A DNA stretch of 64,000 bases. Source: an uncultured cyanobacterium (GTDB taxonomy: Bacteria; Cyanobacteriota; Cyanobacteriia; Cyanobacteriales; CAWUOF01). The notes under the pieces are model-generated. The model was not told the DNA's origin, did not search any database, and saw nothing but the letters and a program-made list of their open reading frames with translations. Below, piece after piece: positions 51,593-61,137 of the stretch; within the stretch, counting starts at the first letter, position 1; every line of letters begins with the position of its first letter. The translations under genes and the position numbers were made by a program. The stretch covers positions 5,216,001 through 5,280,000 of the forward strand of contig CAVUSO010000001.1 of the NCBI GenBank assembly GCA_963744145.1, in the 5' to 3' direction.

Positions 51593-52313
51593 TTAGGTCG
51601 AACGTTTGGCTAATTTTCCATCTTCCATATAAACAATTCGATCAGCAATATCAAGAATCCGATTGTCGTGAGTAACTAGCAAAATTGTACAAGACTTTTC
51701 TTTAGCGAGATTTTGCATTAGATTAACTACATCACGACCTGATTTGCTATCTAATGCTGCGGTCGGTTCATCTGCAAGTACAATTTTGGGATTACTTACT
51801 AGGCCCAGCGATCGCTACCCGTTGTTTTTGTCCACCAGATAAATCGTCAGGATAATATTGCAATCGATGTCCTAATCCCACTAATTCTAGCATAGCCGCA
51901 GACCGTTCTTGCATTTCTTTGAGGGATAAATGGTGATGTAGTTCTAGACCCATTTTTACATTTTGCAAAGTTGTCAAACTTCCATGAAGGTTATGTGCTT
52001 GAAATATATATCCATGTTGACGACGCGCTTGGGTCAGTTGATTTGCACTTGCTCCACAAAGTTCTTGTCCTAATACTTGCAGACTACCGATTTGAGCTGA
52101 ACGTAATCCACCGATCAGAGTAAGTAAAGTGGTTTTACCAGATCCAGATGGTCCAGTCATGATCACAATTTCTCCTGCTTTGATCTCCAAATTGATATCA
52201 AAAAGAACTTGTTTACGCAGTTGTCCATGACCGAAATAGTGATGAAGATTTTGGGCTGAAATGACGACGGATTCTTGAACAGAAATTTCTGGGAGAGTAT
52301 TTGTTAGTTGCAT
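51593..52313 (-). pseudogene. devA: DevA-family ABC ATPase, frameshifted
   Basis: GPSGSGKTT and LSGGQKQRVAIA, then a frameshift near 51803-51806; another frame continues LVSNPKIVLADEPTAALD...VTHD to TAA at 51593. Confidence 0.8.
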
Positions 52314-52328
52314 AGTTTATACTTGATT

Positions 52329-53501
52329 TTAAAACATATCGGCTGGATCAGCAGATTGCAGTCTGCGAATAGCGATCGCTCCGGAAATAACACACATTAA
52401 AAAGGTCAATACTAACACTGTCAATGCTCGTGCTACTGTCATTGCGATCGGTAAAGCTGTGGCTTTTGCTGCTAATTGATAAAGCATCATCGGTAGAATT
52501 GAGCCAGGAATAAAACCCAAAGATGCGAGAATAATAGTTTCTTCAAATACTACCCCCATTAAGTAACTATTCCGATAGCCCATCGCTTTGAAAGTTGCAT
52601 ATTCTTTTAGATGAGCATTCACATCAGTAGAAAGAACTTGATAGACAATTACTATACCAACTACAAATGCCATCCCCGTACCTAAGCCAAAAATAAATCC
52701 GATTGGACTTTGTTTTTTCCAATAATCTTCTTCAAATTGAACAAATTCTTGATGGGTGAATACTTTCACATCATCGGGAAGATAAGATTTTAATCTTTTG
52801 GCAATTTCCTCGGCTTTATAGCCTGGTTCAATTTGAATTAAACCAAGACTAATGCTAACAGCTTCTCGGCGTGGAAATAAGACTAAAAAATTCTGATCGC
52901 TGGTGATTAAGTTGCCATCAGCGGCAAAAGAAGCTCCGAGTCTAAACAATCCAGAGATGGTAATTGTGCGCCTTTCTACTTCAGTATTAATCGATTTTCC
53001 TTGCTCAATTTGAGCAATAACTTTTTGATAATCTCCCCGAGAATTGCGATCAAATAAAACTGTATCAGGCAGTTTAATTAGATCTAATTTTTGATTGACT
53101 TCTGGCAAATTAAATGCAGCCTGACTTGGATCAAATCCCAACACCTGAATGTCTTTTTGCTGGTGCGTTTGGGGATTTTTCCAGGTAACTATTTGGGAGT
53201 GAAGAGCTGATGCTGATTGCACCCCCGGAATGTTCATTGCTTGATATAGTCGGCGTCGGGAAAAGGTAGATGTGAATTGCATATTCCGCCCCTGGGGACT
53301 GATTAATATTAAGTCAGCTCTTAAAGAACGACTAAGACGGGTATTACTATCATAAAGAGCATTTTGAAATCCTAGCTGCATAAACATTAGTACATCAGCA
53401 AAGGCAATTCCTGCTAAAGCTACTACTAACCGACCTTTTTCTCGACTTAGTTGCAGCCATCCGAGGGGTGTTCGTCGGAAAAATTGTTGGATAATTCCCA
53501 T
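52329..53501 (-). CDS. devC: DevC-family ABC permease
   Basis: PLGWLQL, GIAFADVLMFMQLGF, EYATFKAMGY, ADPADMF. Confidence 0.9.
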   Translation of the reverse strand: MGIIQQFFRRTPLGWLQLSREKGRLVVALAGIAFADVLMFMQLGFQNALYDSNTRLSRSLRADLILISPQGRNMQFTSTFSRRRLYQAMNIPGVQSASALHSQIVTWKNPQTHQQKDIQVLGFDPSQAAFNLPEVNQKLDLIKLPDTVLFDRNSRGDYQKVIAQIEQGKSINTEVERRTITISGLFRLGASFAADGNLITSDQNFLVLFPRREAVSISLGLIQIEPGYKAEEIAKRLKSYLPDDVKVFTHQEFVQFEEDYWKKQSPIGFIFGLGTGMAFVVGIVIVYQVLSTDVNAHLKEYATFKAMGYRNSYLMGVVFEETIILASLGFIPGSILPMMLYQLAAKATALPIAMTVARALTVLVLTFLMCVISGAIAIRRLQSADPADMF

Positions 53502-54700
53502 TATTGTTTGATCACTACTTTAACTTGTAGGTTAGTAAATTTGGCGGCTTTCTGACTAGATTCCTCATCTAATCCAACCCTAACTTCTACGATCCGCGAG
53601 TCAATATTGGTACTTGGATCGGTGTTGACGATCGCTTGTCGTCGGACCTGAGAACCTATTCTTTCTACTGTTCCCGCTAATTCCCCATTAATAGAATCGC
53701 TCTTTACAGATACGGACTGACCTAACTTAACTTTACTAACATCGCTTTGATAAACTTCGGCTAGTACATCCATTTGTCGCGTCTGTCCAATCTCTACAAT
53801 CCCATCATTAGATACAACTTCTCCTGCATGAGTATGTACATAAAGAATTTCACCATCTATGGGCGATCGCACATAAGCTTGTGCTAATTCGGCTTTAGCT
53901 TGATTCATCGCAGCGATCGCTCTTTTGATATCTATCCGATTTGCTTCTACATCTACAGCACGAACTTCAGCAATTTTTTCTAGGTTGGCTTTGGCTTGAT
54001 TTATTTCCGTTGGACTGGTAGACTGAAGCCGATTTAAAACTATTTGTGCCTCTTGTAAGCTTTTTTGAGTAGTTTCTAGGGTTAAGCGTTTACTATCCCG
54101 TTGAGATGCGGAAATAGCTCCTTCTTCATACAAGGATTGATAACGATTATACTCAGTCTGAGCATTCCGAAATTCCGAATCTAATCGGTCGATCGTAGCT
54201 TTCTGAGCATCGATTTCACCTTGTCTTTGTGTCTCTAAACGGGTAATCTCCGCTTTTTGATAGTCAATTTCACCTTTTTTTGCACCTGCTTGGGTAATCG
54301 CGAGTTTTGACTCAGCTACTTTTATATCTTCCTGTGCTTGTTCAAATGCTGCTTGCAAGCGATCGCGATTGTCTAAAATTGCTATTACCTCTCCTGCTTT
54401 AACCTGATCTCCCTCTTTCACGAGCAACTGATCCACTCGATTACCGTTAGTTGAGCTGGGTGCAGAAAGTTTAATGATCTCTCCGTGAGGTTCTAACTTT
54501 CCTAGTGCTGTTACGGTTTTGATTTCTGGAGGAGCCACGATTGTGGTTTCGCTAATGCTAGTCTGGGGTGTTTGTGATCTCGAGAGATTGTATGCTAAAA
54601 ATCCACTGACTGAAAGAATAGTGGCGATCGCTAGTCCTGTCCATGGGCGATCGCGCCATTTCGTCACAATCGACCCGTTCACTGTGGTATTTTGCACCAT
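53501..54700 (-). CDS. devB: DevB-family membrane fusion protein
   Basis: VTALGKLEP, coiled coil, AEVYQSD, DSRIVEVRV, TNLQV. Confidence 0.88.
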   Translation of the reverse strand: MVQNTTVNGSIVTKWRDRPWTGLAIATILSVSGFLAYNLSRSQTPQTSISETTIVAPPEIKTVTALGKLEPHGEIIKLSAPSSTNGNRVDQLLVKEGDQVKAGEVIAILDNRDRLQAAFEQAQEDIKVAESKLAITQAGAKKGEIDYQKAEITRLETQRQGEIDAQKATIDRLDSEFRNAQTEYNRYQSLYEEGAISASQRDSKRLTLETTQKSLQEAQIVLNRLQSTSPTEINQAKANLEKIAEVRAVDVEANRIDIKRAIAAMNQAKAELAQAYVRSPIDGEILYVHTHAGEVVSNDGIVEIGQTRQMDVLAEVYQSDVSKVKLGQSVSVKSDSINGELAGTVERIGSQVRRQAIVNTDPSTNIDSRIVEVRVGLDEESSQKAAKFTNLQVKVVIKQ

Positions 54701-54739
54701 TGGGAACATCCTGCTTATAATTGAAGTGTTTTCTGTTAA

Positions 54740-54788
54740 ACTAAACCGATTAGTTTAACTATATTTAGACTAAACTGGTTAGTTTAGT
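54740..54788. promoter_or_regulatory. Tandem TetR operator-like palindromes
   Basis: ACTAAAC-CGATTA-GTTTA and ACTAAACT-GGTT-AGTTTAGT between divergent devB and tetR. Confidence 0.7.
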
Positions 54789-54811
54789 TTGTCAAGAGGT
54801 ATAGTAAAAAA

Positions 54812-55426
54812 ATGAAACCAACCAAAATCGGGGCCAAAGAGCGGGAACTATCCCCAGAAAAAACTGAAGCGATCCTAACGGGAGCAATCCAAGAATTTTT
54901 GAAGAATGGCTATGCTGCGACCACAATGGACAAAATTGCCGCAGGTGCAGGTGTATCTAAAGCTACCGTCTATAATCACTTTCACGATAAAGAAGCCTTA
55001 TTTAAGGCAATTATTGAGCGAATGGCACAGAAAAAGTGTTTAGCATTGCATAATCCAGCCAACAATCAATCACTTGAGGGAGAACCTGGTGTAGTTCTAC
55101 GTTATTTTGCTAACAATATGTTGGATTCAACCATTCAAGATCCAGAATTTCTCGCATTTGTGCGACTAGTTATGGGAGAGTCAGAACGTTTTCCCGAATT
55201 AGCTCGCACATTTATTTATACTTTTGATCAGACAGGTAGGAAAGCACTGTCCCAATATCTAGCATCTTGTTCCGATCTAAGATTACCTGATCCGGATGCG
55301 GCTAGCTATATTTTTATTGGTTCCATTGTCAACTTCTTGATTCATCAGGAGATTATGCACGGTAAGGATGTAGTATTTATGGATCGCGATCGGTTTCTTA
55401 ATAGTTTAATTCACCTGATGACCTGA
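54812..55426 (+). CDS. TetR/AcrR family regulator
   Basis: FLKNGYAATTMDKIAAGAGVSKATVYNHFHDKEALF. Confidence 0.93.
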   Translation: MKPTKIGAKERELSPEKTEAILTGAIQEFLKNGYAATTMDKIAAGAGVSKATVYNHFHDKEALFKAIIERMAQKKCLALHNPANNQSLEGEPGVVLRYFANNMLDSTIQDPEFLAFVRLVMGESERFPELARTFIYTFDQTGRKALSQYLASCSDLRLPDPDAASYIFIGSIVNFLIHQEIMHGKDVVFMDRDRFLNSLIHLMT

Positions 55427-55515
55427 ACAGGAAATGGCATTATTGAACTTCATAATATTCTGGTAAAATCCAGACAACTTTAATGCCAATTGCACGATAT
55501 AAGTTCTTTTGCTCA

Positions 55516-55689
55516 TCAAACTTTACGGTTCAAACCGCGTCTTTCTTGTAATTCTAGTTCTATATCATCCCATGTCAATAAACTAACTCCACTATTGACA
55601 ACTTTTTGACGAATTTCCCATAATTTTTTGGCTAATTCAGTTTTGGGACTAAAAGGAGGTTGGTTTTTAACTGTTATTAACGAAGTCAT
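55516..55689 (-). CDS. Small hypothetical protein (antitoxin-like)
   Basis: TELAKKLWEIRQKVVNSGVSLLTWDDIELELQERRG. Confidence 0.45.
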   Translation of the reverse strand: MTSLITVKNQPPFSPKTELAKKLWEIRQKVVNSGVSLLTWDDIELELQERRGLNRKV

Positions 55690-56067
55690 AGATTTAATTT
55701 TGTATTTAGCGAACATTTTAACAACTATTGTAATATAATAATATATTATTATCAAGTAGTTCTTTTTGTCTTCAAGCATATATCTAAATTCAAAAAATGA
55801 CAAACGTAGTCGAGATGAGTCGAAGGGTGCTAATATTATATCCGAAATATCTCACCCAAATACCCTTGATGATGCTGGTATTATGGAATTTATTAAACCG
55901 ATTCGGCGATCGCCATAATTTAATCTGGAGAAATAAATAAAAACTTTACCTTGATTTAATCCCAGTGTCATAAATTGGCACTACAGATCATATATAGATT
56001 CTCTGTAGTCAGAATTGCCAGAATTGTGATAAGATTAAAATCATCAAGTAGCAGAAAAGGATTGTAG

Positions 56068-56940
56068 ATGCTGAGAATGTTTCGATCTCCTAGAAAATTG
56101 GTTGCTGGACTGACAGTTTTAGCTAGCGTTGCGATCAGTGGTAACAGAGCTTTAGCAGCAACAGTACCGACTTTCGATCATATTGTCGTTGTCATTGAAG
56201 AAAACCACAGTTACACAGAAATTTTTAATTCTAGTAATGCTCCATACATCAATTCCTTAGCACTTCAAGGAGCTTTGTTCACAAATTCACATGGTGTGAT
56301 GCACCCAAGTCAACCTAACTACTTGGCTTTGTTTAGTGGCTCTACACAAGGTGCTACAAATGATCATTGCCCATTAACATTCATAAGTGCTAATTTGGCT
56401 ACCCAGTTAATCGGAATCAACAAAACTTTTACAGGTTATTCGGAAAGTCTTCCTAGGGCTGGTTCTACAGTTTGTTCTTCATCCGGTCATGGTGGTTACT
56501 ATCGTAAACACAACCCTTGGGTTGATTTTACTAATATCTCTTCTTCTGCAAATCAACCATTTACAAGTTTTACAAAAACACCATTTGATCAGCTACCTAC
56601 TGTTTCAATTGTTGTTCCCAACCAACAAGATGATATGCACGATGGCACAATTCAACAAGCTGACACTTGGCTGCAAAAGAATCTGGATGACTATGCAAAT
56701 TGGGCTCAGACTCACAATAGCTTGTTGATTCTTACCTTTGATGAAGATGATGAAACAATCAACAATCAGATTGCAACTATCTTTATTGGCGCTCATGTCA
56801 AACCAGGACATTATAGTGAGAGCATCAATCACTACAATGTATTGCGGACAATTGAAGCGAGCTATGGATTGGATGGGTTGAATAATGCCTCGTCAGTGAC
56901 TCCGATTACGGATGTCTGGCTCCCCCAAAAAAATGACTGA
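56068..56940 (+). CDS. Secreted phosphoesterase (SapM-like acid phosphatase)
   Basis: Signal peptide; HIVVVIEENH, HPSQPNY, RKHNPW, DMHDG, TFDED. Confidence 0.85.
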   Translation: MLRMFRSPRKLVAGLTVLASVAISGNRALAATVPTFDHIVVVIEENHSYTEIFNSSNAPYINSLALQGALFTNSHGVMHPSQPNYLALFSGSTQGATNDHCPLTFISANLATQLIGINKTFTGYSESLPRAGSTVCSSSGHGGYYRKHNPWVDFTNISSSANQPFTSFTKTPFDQLPTVSIVVPNQQDDMHDGTIQQADTWLQKNLDDYANWAQTHNSLLILTFDEDDETINNQIATIFIGAHVKPGHYSESINHYNVLRTIEASYGLDGLNNASSVTPITDVWLPQKND

Positions 56941-57135
56941 TAGAGTTGCTGGTTTGAATGCGATCGCTACTCGGAAAACCTCTAAATATTTGGCCACACC
57001 GATTAATCATGAATCAGACGATCGAACAGGAGGTTAAATAATGTGATCATGTTGTTAGAGTAAAGTAAATAATGATATATTTTCTATTGATATCCCAGAA
57101 GTTGTTCTACTATTCATTGGCCAAAAATAACTTAT

Positions 57136-57660
57136 ATGTTTAAACTTAATCAGCCAGCTTTTTGGTTATTAGCTGGTACAGCTATGATTCTAACATCATT
57201 ATCTCTAAGCCAAGTTCAAGCTCAAAGTAGTCTGGTGAACCAAAGAGAACTTTTAGCCGCCCATAATCGTTATCGTAATGAAGTTAATGTACCGGACTTA
57301 ACTTGGTCGGATGAGGTAGCTAAATCGGCCCAGGAATGGGCTGATCATTTAGCTTCTACTAATAGTTTTGAACACAGTCAAAATTCGCATTATGGTGAAA
57401 ATCTCTGGCAAGGTACTGCGAACAGTTACAGCCAAACCCAGATGGTGAATAGTTGGGGTGATGAGAAAAAAGACTTTGTTTTTGGGACTTTCCCAGATGT
57501 TTCTAAAACAGGTAAATGGTCTGACGTGGGACATTATACCCAAGTTGTCTGGAGAAATACCACCCAAGTCGGATGTGGTTTAGCTACAGGTGGTGGAAAT
57601 GATGTTTTGGTTTGTCAGTACAATCCCCCTGGAAATTATGAAGGCGAAAAACCTTATTAA
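57136..57660 (+). CDS. Secreted CAP (SCP/PR-1) domain protein
   Basis: AHNRYR, GENL, GHYTQVVW, VCQYNPPGN. Confidence 0.92.
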   Translation: MFKLNQPAFWLLAGTAMILTSLSLSQVQAQSSLVNQRELLAAHNRYRNEVNVPDLTWSDEVAKSAQEWADHLASTNSFEHSQNSHYGENLWQGTANSYSQTQMVNSWGDEKKDFVFGTFPDVSKTGKWSDVGHYTQVVWRNTTQVGCGLATGGGNDVLVCQYNPPGNYEGEKPY

Positions 57661-57689
57661 CAAGTAAAGTGGTGGGCGATCGCGAAATT

Positions 57690-57713
57690 CCCAATGGAAA
57701 ATTTTCCATTGGG
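57690..57713 (+). terminator. Perfect 24-bp palindrome, likely terminator
   Basis: CCCAATGGAAAATTTTCCATTGGG followed by acttttc. Confidence 0.55.
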
Positions 57714-57800
57714 ACTTTTCATCCGTTTGTGATAGATTCAAATCTGTCCGCGTCGGTTTATCTACTAGGCTATAATTTAGTACGAAACTCTGGTTAACTT

Positions 57801-58217
57801 ATGCCAGCTAAAGATTTATTTCACAATACAGTAAAAATAGCCCTTGAAAAAGATGGGTGGACGATCGTTAACGAGAATCTATTCATTAAAATTGATAAGA
57901 TTGAATTTTATATAGACTTAGTAGCAGATAGAATTTTAACAGCAGAGAAAGCTGATAAAAAGATAGCTGTAGAGGTAAAATCTTTTATAGGAGTATCTCT
58001 AGTAAGTGAGTTTCATACAGCGCTAGGTCAGTTCCTCAATTATCGCTCTGCTTTAAGAAAGCAACAACCAGAGCGGGTTTTATACTTGGCAGTGCCTTTT
58101 GATATTTATGATGATTTTTTTGCCAGTAGTTTTATTCAGGAAGTTATCGCAGAACATCAACTAAAACTGCTAATTTTTGAGCCAAACATAGAGGAGGTTG
58201 TTTTATGGATAAACTAA
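57801..58217 (+). CDS. xisH: XisH family protein
   Basis: MPAKDLFH..VK.AL.KDGW, IAVEVKSF, FHTALGQFLNY. Confidence 0.9.
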   Translation: MPAKDLFHNTVKIALEKDGWTIVNENLFIKIDKIEFYIDLVADRILTAEKADKKIAVEVKSFIGVSLVSEFHTALGQFLNYRSALRKQQPERVLYLAVPFDIYDDFFASSFIQEVIAEHQLKLLIFEPNIEEVVLWIN

Positions 58218-58534
58218 ACTACAGCGAACTGGTGCAGAACATCATAAAAAATCATTTGGGGAATGGTTTAAATGCTAATACAGAAGTGCAATTAATATTT
58301 GATACGGAACGCGATCGCTATCAATTATTGCATATCGGTTGGCAAGATTTGCACCGAGTATTTGGTTGCATTATCTATATCGAAATCAAAAATAACAAAA
58401 TCTGGATCGAACGTGATGGCACTGAAATCGGAGTAGCTAATGAATTACTTGAAACTGGAGTACCTAAAGAAGATATAGTTTTAGCTTTTCACGCTCCTTA
58501 TAAACGGAAATATACCGAGTTTGCTGTTGGTTAG
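58205..58534 (+). CDS. xisI: XisI family protein
   Basis: FDTERDRY, KIWIERDGTE.GVA.EL, DIVLAFH. Confidence 0.9.
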   Translation: MDKLNYSELVQNIIKNHLGNGLNANTEVQLIFDTERDRYQLLHIGWQDLHRVFGCIIYIEIKNNKIWIERDGTEIGVANELLETGVPKEDIVLAFHAPYKRKYTEFAVG

Positions 58535-58790
58535 ATAAACATAATCTGCCAAATTCCTCTAGATATTTAGGATTATAGGAGAGGTCTTCAAGATCGCTAT
58601 CAAGACAGCCGATAAATTTTTGAGTCGCTGCGGCGAAGGATGTTTCGGCGGCTTCTAGTGCCACGGGTGTTTGCTGCTGAAGAGTACGGCTCGCTTGAAA
58701 TTCCAGAAATTCAATAAACTCAATGACTTTATTTTGTTGTTCGGGAGGAAGTTGGTGGATTTTTTGGATTGCTATTTCGAGAGTTAGCAT
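58464..58790 (-). CDS. DUF2281-like small protein
   Basis: LPPEQQNKVIEFIEFL and DLSYNPKYLEEFG; 3' end overlaps xisI, possibly after loss of a stop. Confidence 0.6.
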   Translation of the reverse strand: MLTLEIAIQKIHQLPPEQQNKVIEFIEFLEFQASRTLQQQTPVALEAAETSFAAATQKFIGCLDSDLEDLSYNPKYLEEFGRLCLSNQQQTRYISVYKEREKLKLYLL

Positions 58791-58798
58791 ATTGGGTG

Positions 58799-59422
58799 TT
58801 AGGTGATGGGTAGTGGGGAATGGGTAATGCTTTTGTTATACTCCCCATCCCCGAGTTCAAGGGTCAAACCGCGATAGACTTGCTCGATCGCCAAATTGAG
58901 ATTGATGCTTTTTAGTTCTATGATGTCGCCTGCTTGATAATTAATAATAATCCATTCGCCAGCATCGTTCTTGTGATACAAGTCTATTTCAATGGAAGTG
59001 GAGCTAACCAGTAAATAGTCCTTTAAGGCGGGATTATGGCGATATAGCCTAAACTTGCCGCCTCTGTCGTAAGCTTCTGTACTTTTGGATAAAACTTCAA
59101 CGATCAGACAGGGGTAGGTGAAGTAGTTGGGGGTGCTTTTGTCGCGATCGTCGCAGGTGACGCTGGCATCTGGGTAGGTATAGTTTTGAGTTCCAGCAAT
59201 GTTGATCTTGATATCAGAATTGCCGGGTATGCAGTTGCTGCCATCTAAATGAGCATCGAACAGGGCGGTAAACCGGATAGCAATGCGACCATGATTTACA
59301 CTGCCACCGCTCATAGCATAAACTTGGCCGTCGATATATTCATGCTTTTCGAGTTGCTGTTCTTCCCAAGTAAAATATTCTTCGGGGGTAAGAGGTGGGG
59401 CGTTATCTTTTGTGGTGATCAT
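58799..59422 (-). CDS. Uma2 family endonuclease-like protein (paralog of 22398-22976)
   Basis: LTPEEYFTWEEQQLEKHE identical to the first copy; YTYPDASV, VEVLSKST. Confidence 0.9.
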   Translation of the reverse strand: MITTKDNAPPLTPEEYFTWEEQQLEKHEYIDGQVYAMSGGSVNHGRIAIRFTALFDAHLDGSNCIPGNSDIKINIAGTQNYTYPDASVTCDDRDKSTPNYFTYPCLIVEVLSKSTEAYDRGGKFRLYRHNPALKDYLLVSSTSIEIDLYHKNDAGEWIIINYQAGDIIELKSINLNLAIEQVYRGLTLELGDGEYNKSITHSPLPIT

Positions 59423-59508
59423 TTTTGGAGTGATAGGTAATGGCATAATGTCAAAATCCTTTAAGGTACAAGATATTTGGGCTGTATTGGATTTGAAGAG
59501 GTCAAGAA

Positions 59509-59724
59509 ATGCTCAAAGCCTATGAAGTCATAATTACAAATGGACAGATTCAATGGCAAGAAGAACAGCCAGATATTTATTCTGCACGAGCTATTATCAC
59601 CATTTTAGAAGAATTGCCTAAGTTTAAACGAACTACACCTCGACATTTGGTTGGCAAGATCAAGACTCTGGGTGATATTGTTAGTCCCATTGTCGATGAG
59701 GATGATTGGGAATGTCTGAAATAG
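59509..59724 (+). CDS. Putative antitoxin
   Basis: 71-aa ORF overlapping the start of a PIN gene; C-terminal LGDIVSPIVDEDDW. Confidence 0.6.
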   Translation: MLKAYEVIITNGQIQWQEEQPDIYSARAIITILEELPKFKRTTPRHLVGKIKTLGDIVSPIVDEDDWECLK

Positions 59725-60125
59725 TGGTTCTCCATACTCATATATGGGTGTGGTATATCAGTGAAGAGTTCCATCGTTTCCCTTCTTCATAGCTAAATCA
59801 GATTATAGATGCAGATATTGTTGGTGTTTCTGCCATTTGTTGCTATGAAATTGCCCTAGCTTATACTTGCCAAAGGCTAGAAATTGATATGCCACTTATG
59901 GATTGGTTTCAAAATGCTTTAGAACCTGCTGGCATTACATTATTACCCATTACTCCAGGCATTTCCAATCAAGCGGTAAGCTTATCTCCGATTCATAAAG
60001 ACCCCTTTGATCGCATCATTATTGCTACTGCTTTAGTGTACAATGCCCAACTTGCTAGTGTCGATCGCTGTTTTAGGGAATATCCCGAACTGATCAACCA
60101 TTTAATGCGTAATGAAGGGGGTTAA
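59712..60125 (+). pseudogene. vapC: PIN-domain (VapC) toxin with in-frame stop
   Basis: MSEIVVLHTHIWVW...PSS*LNQ...SAICCYEIA...HKDPFDRIIIATA; TAG at 59790-59792. Confidence 0.8.
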
Positions 60126-60688
60126 ATCATGTTAACGCAAGATTTAAAACTTATCTTTTGTGGTGATCATTTTTGGGTAGGAATAAAGATGGGGCTGATT
60201 CGGTTGTATGGAGCTTTTTATGCTGAGTTGTCTTGTTATAAAATTGAAAGGGAGCTTAAGACGGTGATAGGGTGCGATGATCATGGATTAAGCTTGTTGT
60301 CAGAGTGCCCCCTATTGTGGGGCGAGGTTTAAAATTCCGGCATTGTGGGTGGATGGGTAGTTTCAGAGGTGTTTTATATTGTTTCCATAAATAGTAAATT
60401 GGCAAAATCCTAGGTCAAATCAACTTATCTCGCTAAATATAGCGCCATTGCTACCTGCGGAATTCATCCTTTCGTGTATTCGTAAGGCATCTGTAGAATA
60501 AAGAGGTCGTGAAAGGCTACATTGTTTCTCTAAAGTTATACGAGTGAGGTGCGATCGCTTTCTCCCTCTCAAACTCTAACACGGTCGCGATCGCCTCTTT
60601 TCTCTTGTATTCAAGCACATTTCCTCCAGTCCCCAATCGATATTTGAATGAGGTCAGCCTCTACCCTACTAGATTAACCTTAATTATA

Positions 60689-60762
60689 TGGACACAACTG
60701 GGCTCGAACCAGCGACCTCGTCGATGTCAACGACGCGCTCTAACCAACTGAGCTATGCGTCC
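60689..60762 (-). tRNA. tRNA-Val(GAC)
   Basis: GGACGCATAGCTCAGTTGGTTAGAGCG-CGTCG-TTGACAT-CGACG-AGGTCGCTGGTTCGAGCCCAGTTGTGTCCA cloverleaf. Confidence 0.97.
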
Positions 60763-60849
60763 AGTCTGGATAATCACTATAGCATGAGGTTTTTGCAAAA
60801 TGCAAGTGGTAAGAACAATTTTTTTTGAGGTGGGCAATGAGTAGTCTAG

Positions 60850-61010
60850 AGCGGATAGCTGACGCTAATTCGGAAATGCTTTGTACCAATGGGGACATCC
60901 ACCCAAAGTATCAAAGTCCTTAAATATTCGATGTCCAGATCCATAAAAGGCAATTACTATGGTCATTACTTCAGACCCACTAAGCTGGTCGTTTGAGGGC
61001 AATTGAGGCT
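60850..61010 (-). pseudogene. IS982-family transposase N-terminal remnant
   Basis: LSGSEVMTIVIAF.GSG.R.FKDF...HW..AFPN followed by a stop. Confidence 0.65.
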
Positions 61011-61137
61011 GTTTGTCGATCACGTCTTTCTTGTGTATTGGCAAAAATAGTCCAAATCGCAAAATATTTGGGCTTGCCATTAATGGTGGTATTTTTTAGA
61101 CCATCCAGAAGTGTCTATTGCATAGCCTCGTATTGAT

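Noticed and set aside
57801..58534. xisH/xisI as evidence of an fdxN-type excision element
   Set aside because: No recombinase or interrupted gene nearby; xisHI pairs are common stand-alone modules
60129..60660. ORF 60129-60332 and a possible integrative element at tRNA-Val
   Set aside because: No protein motifs, no integrase and no duplicated tRNA 3' end were found
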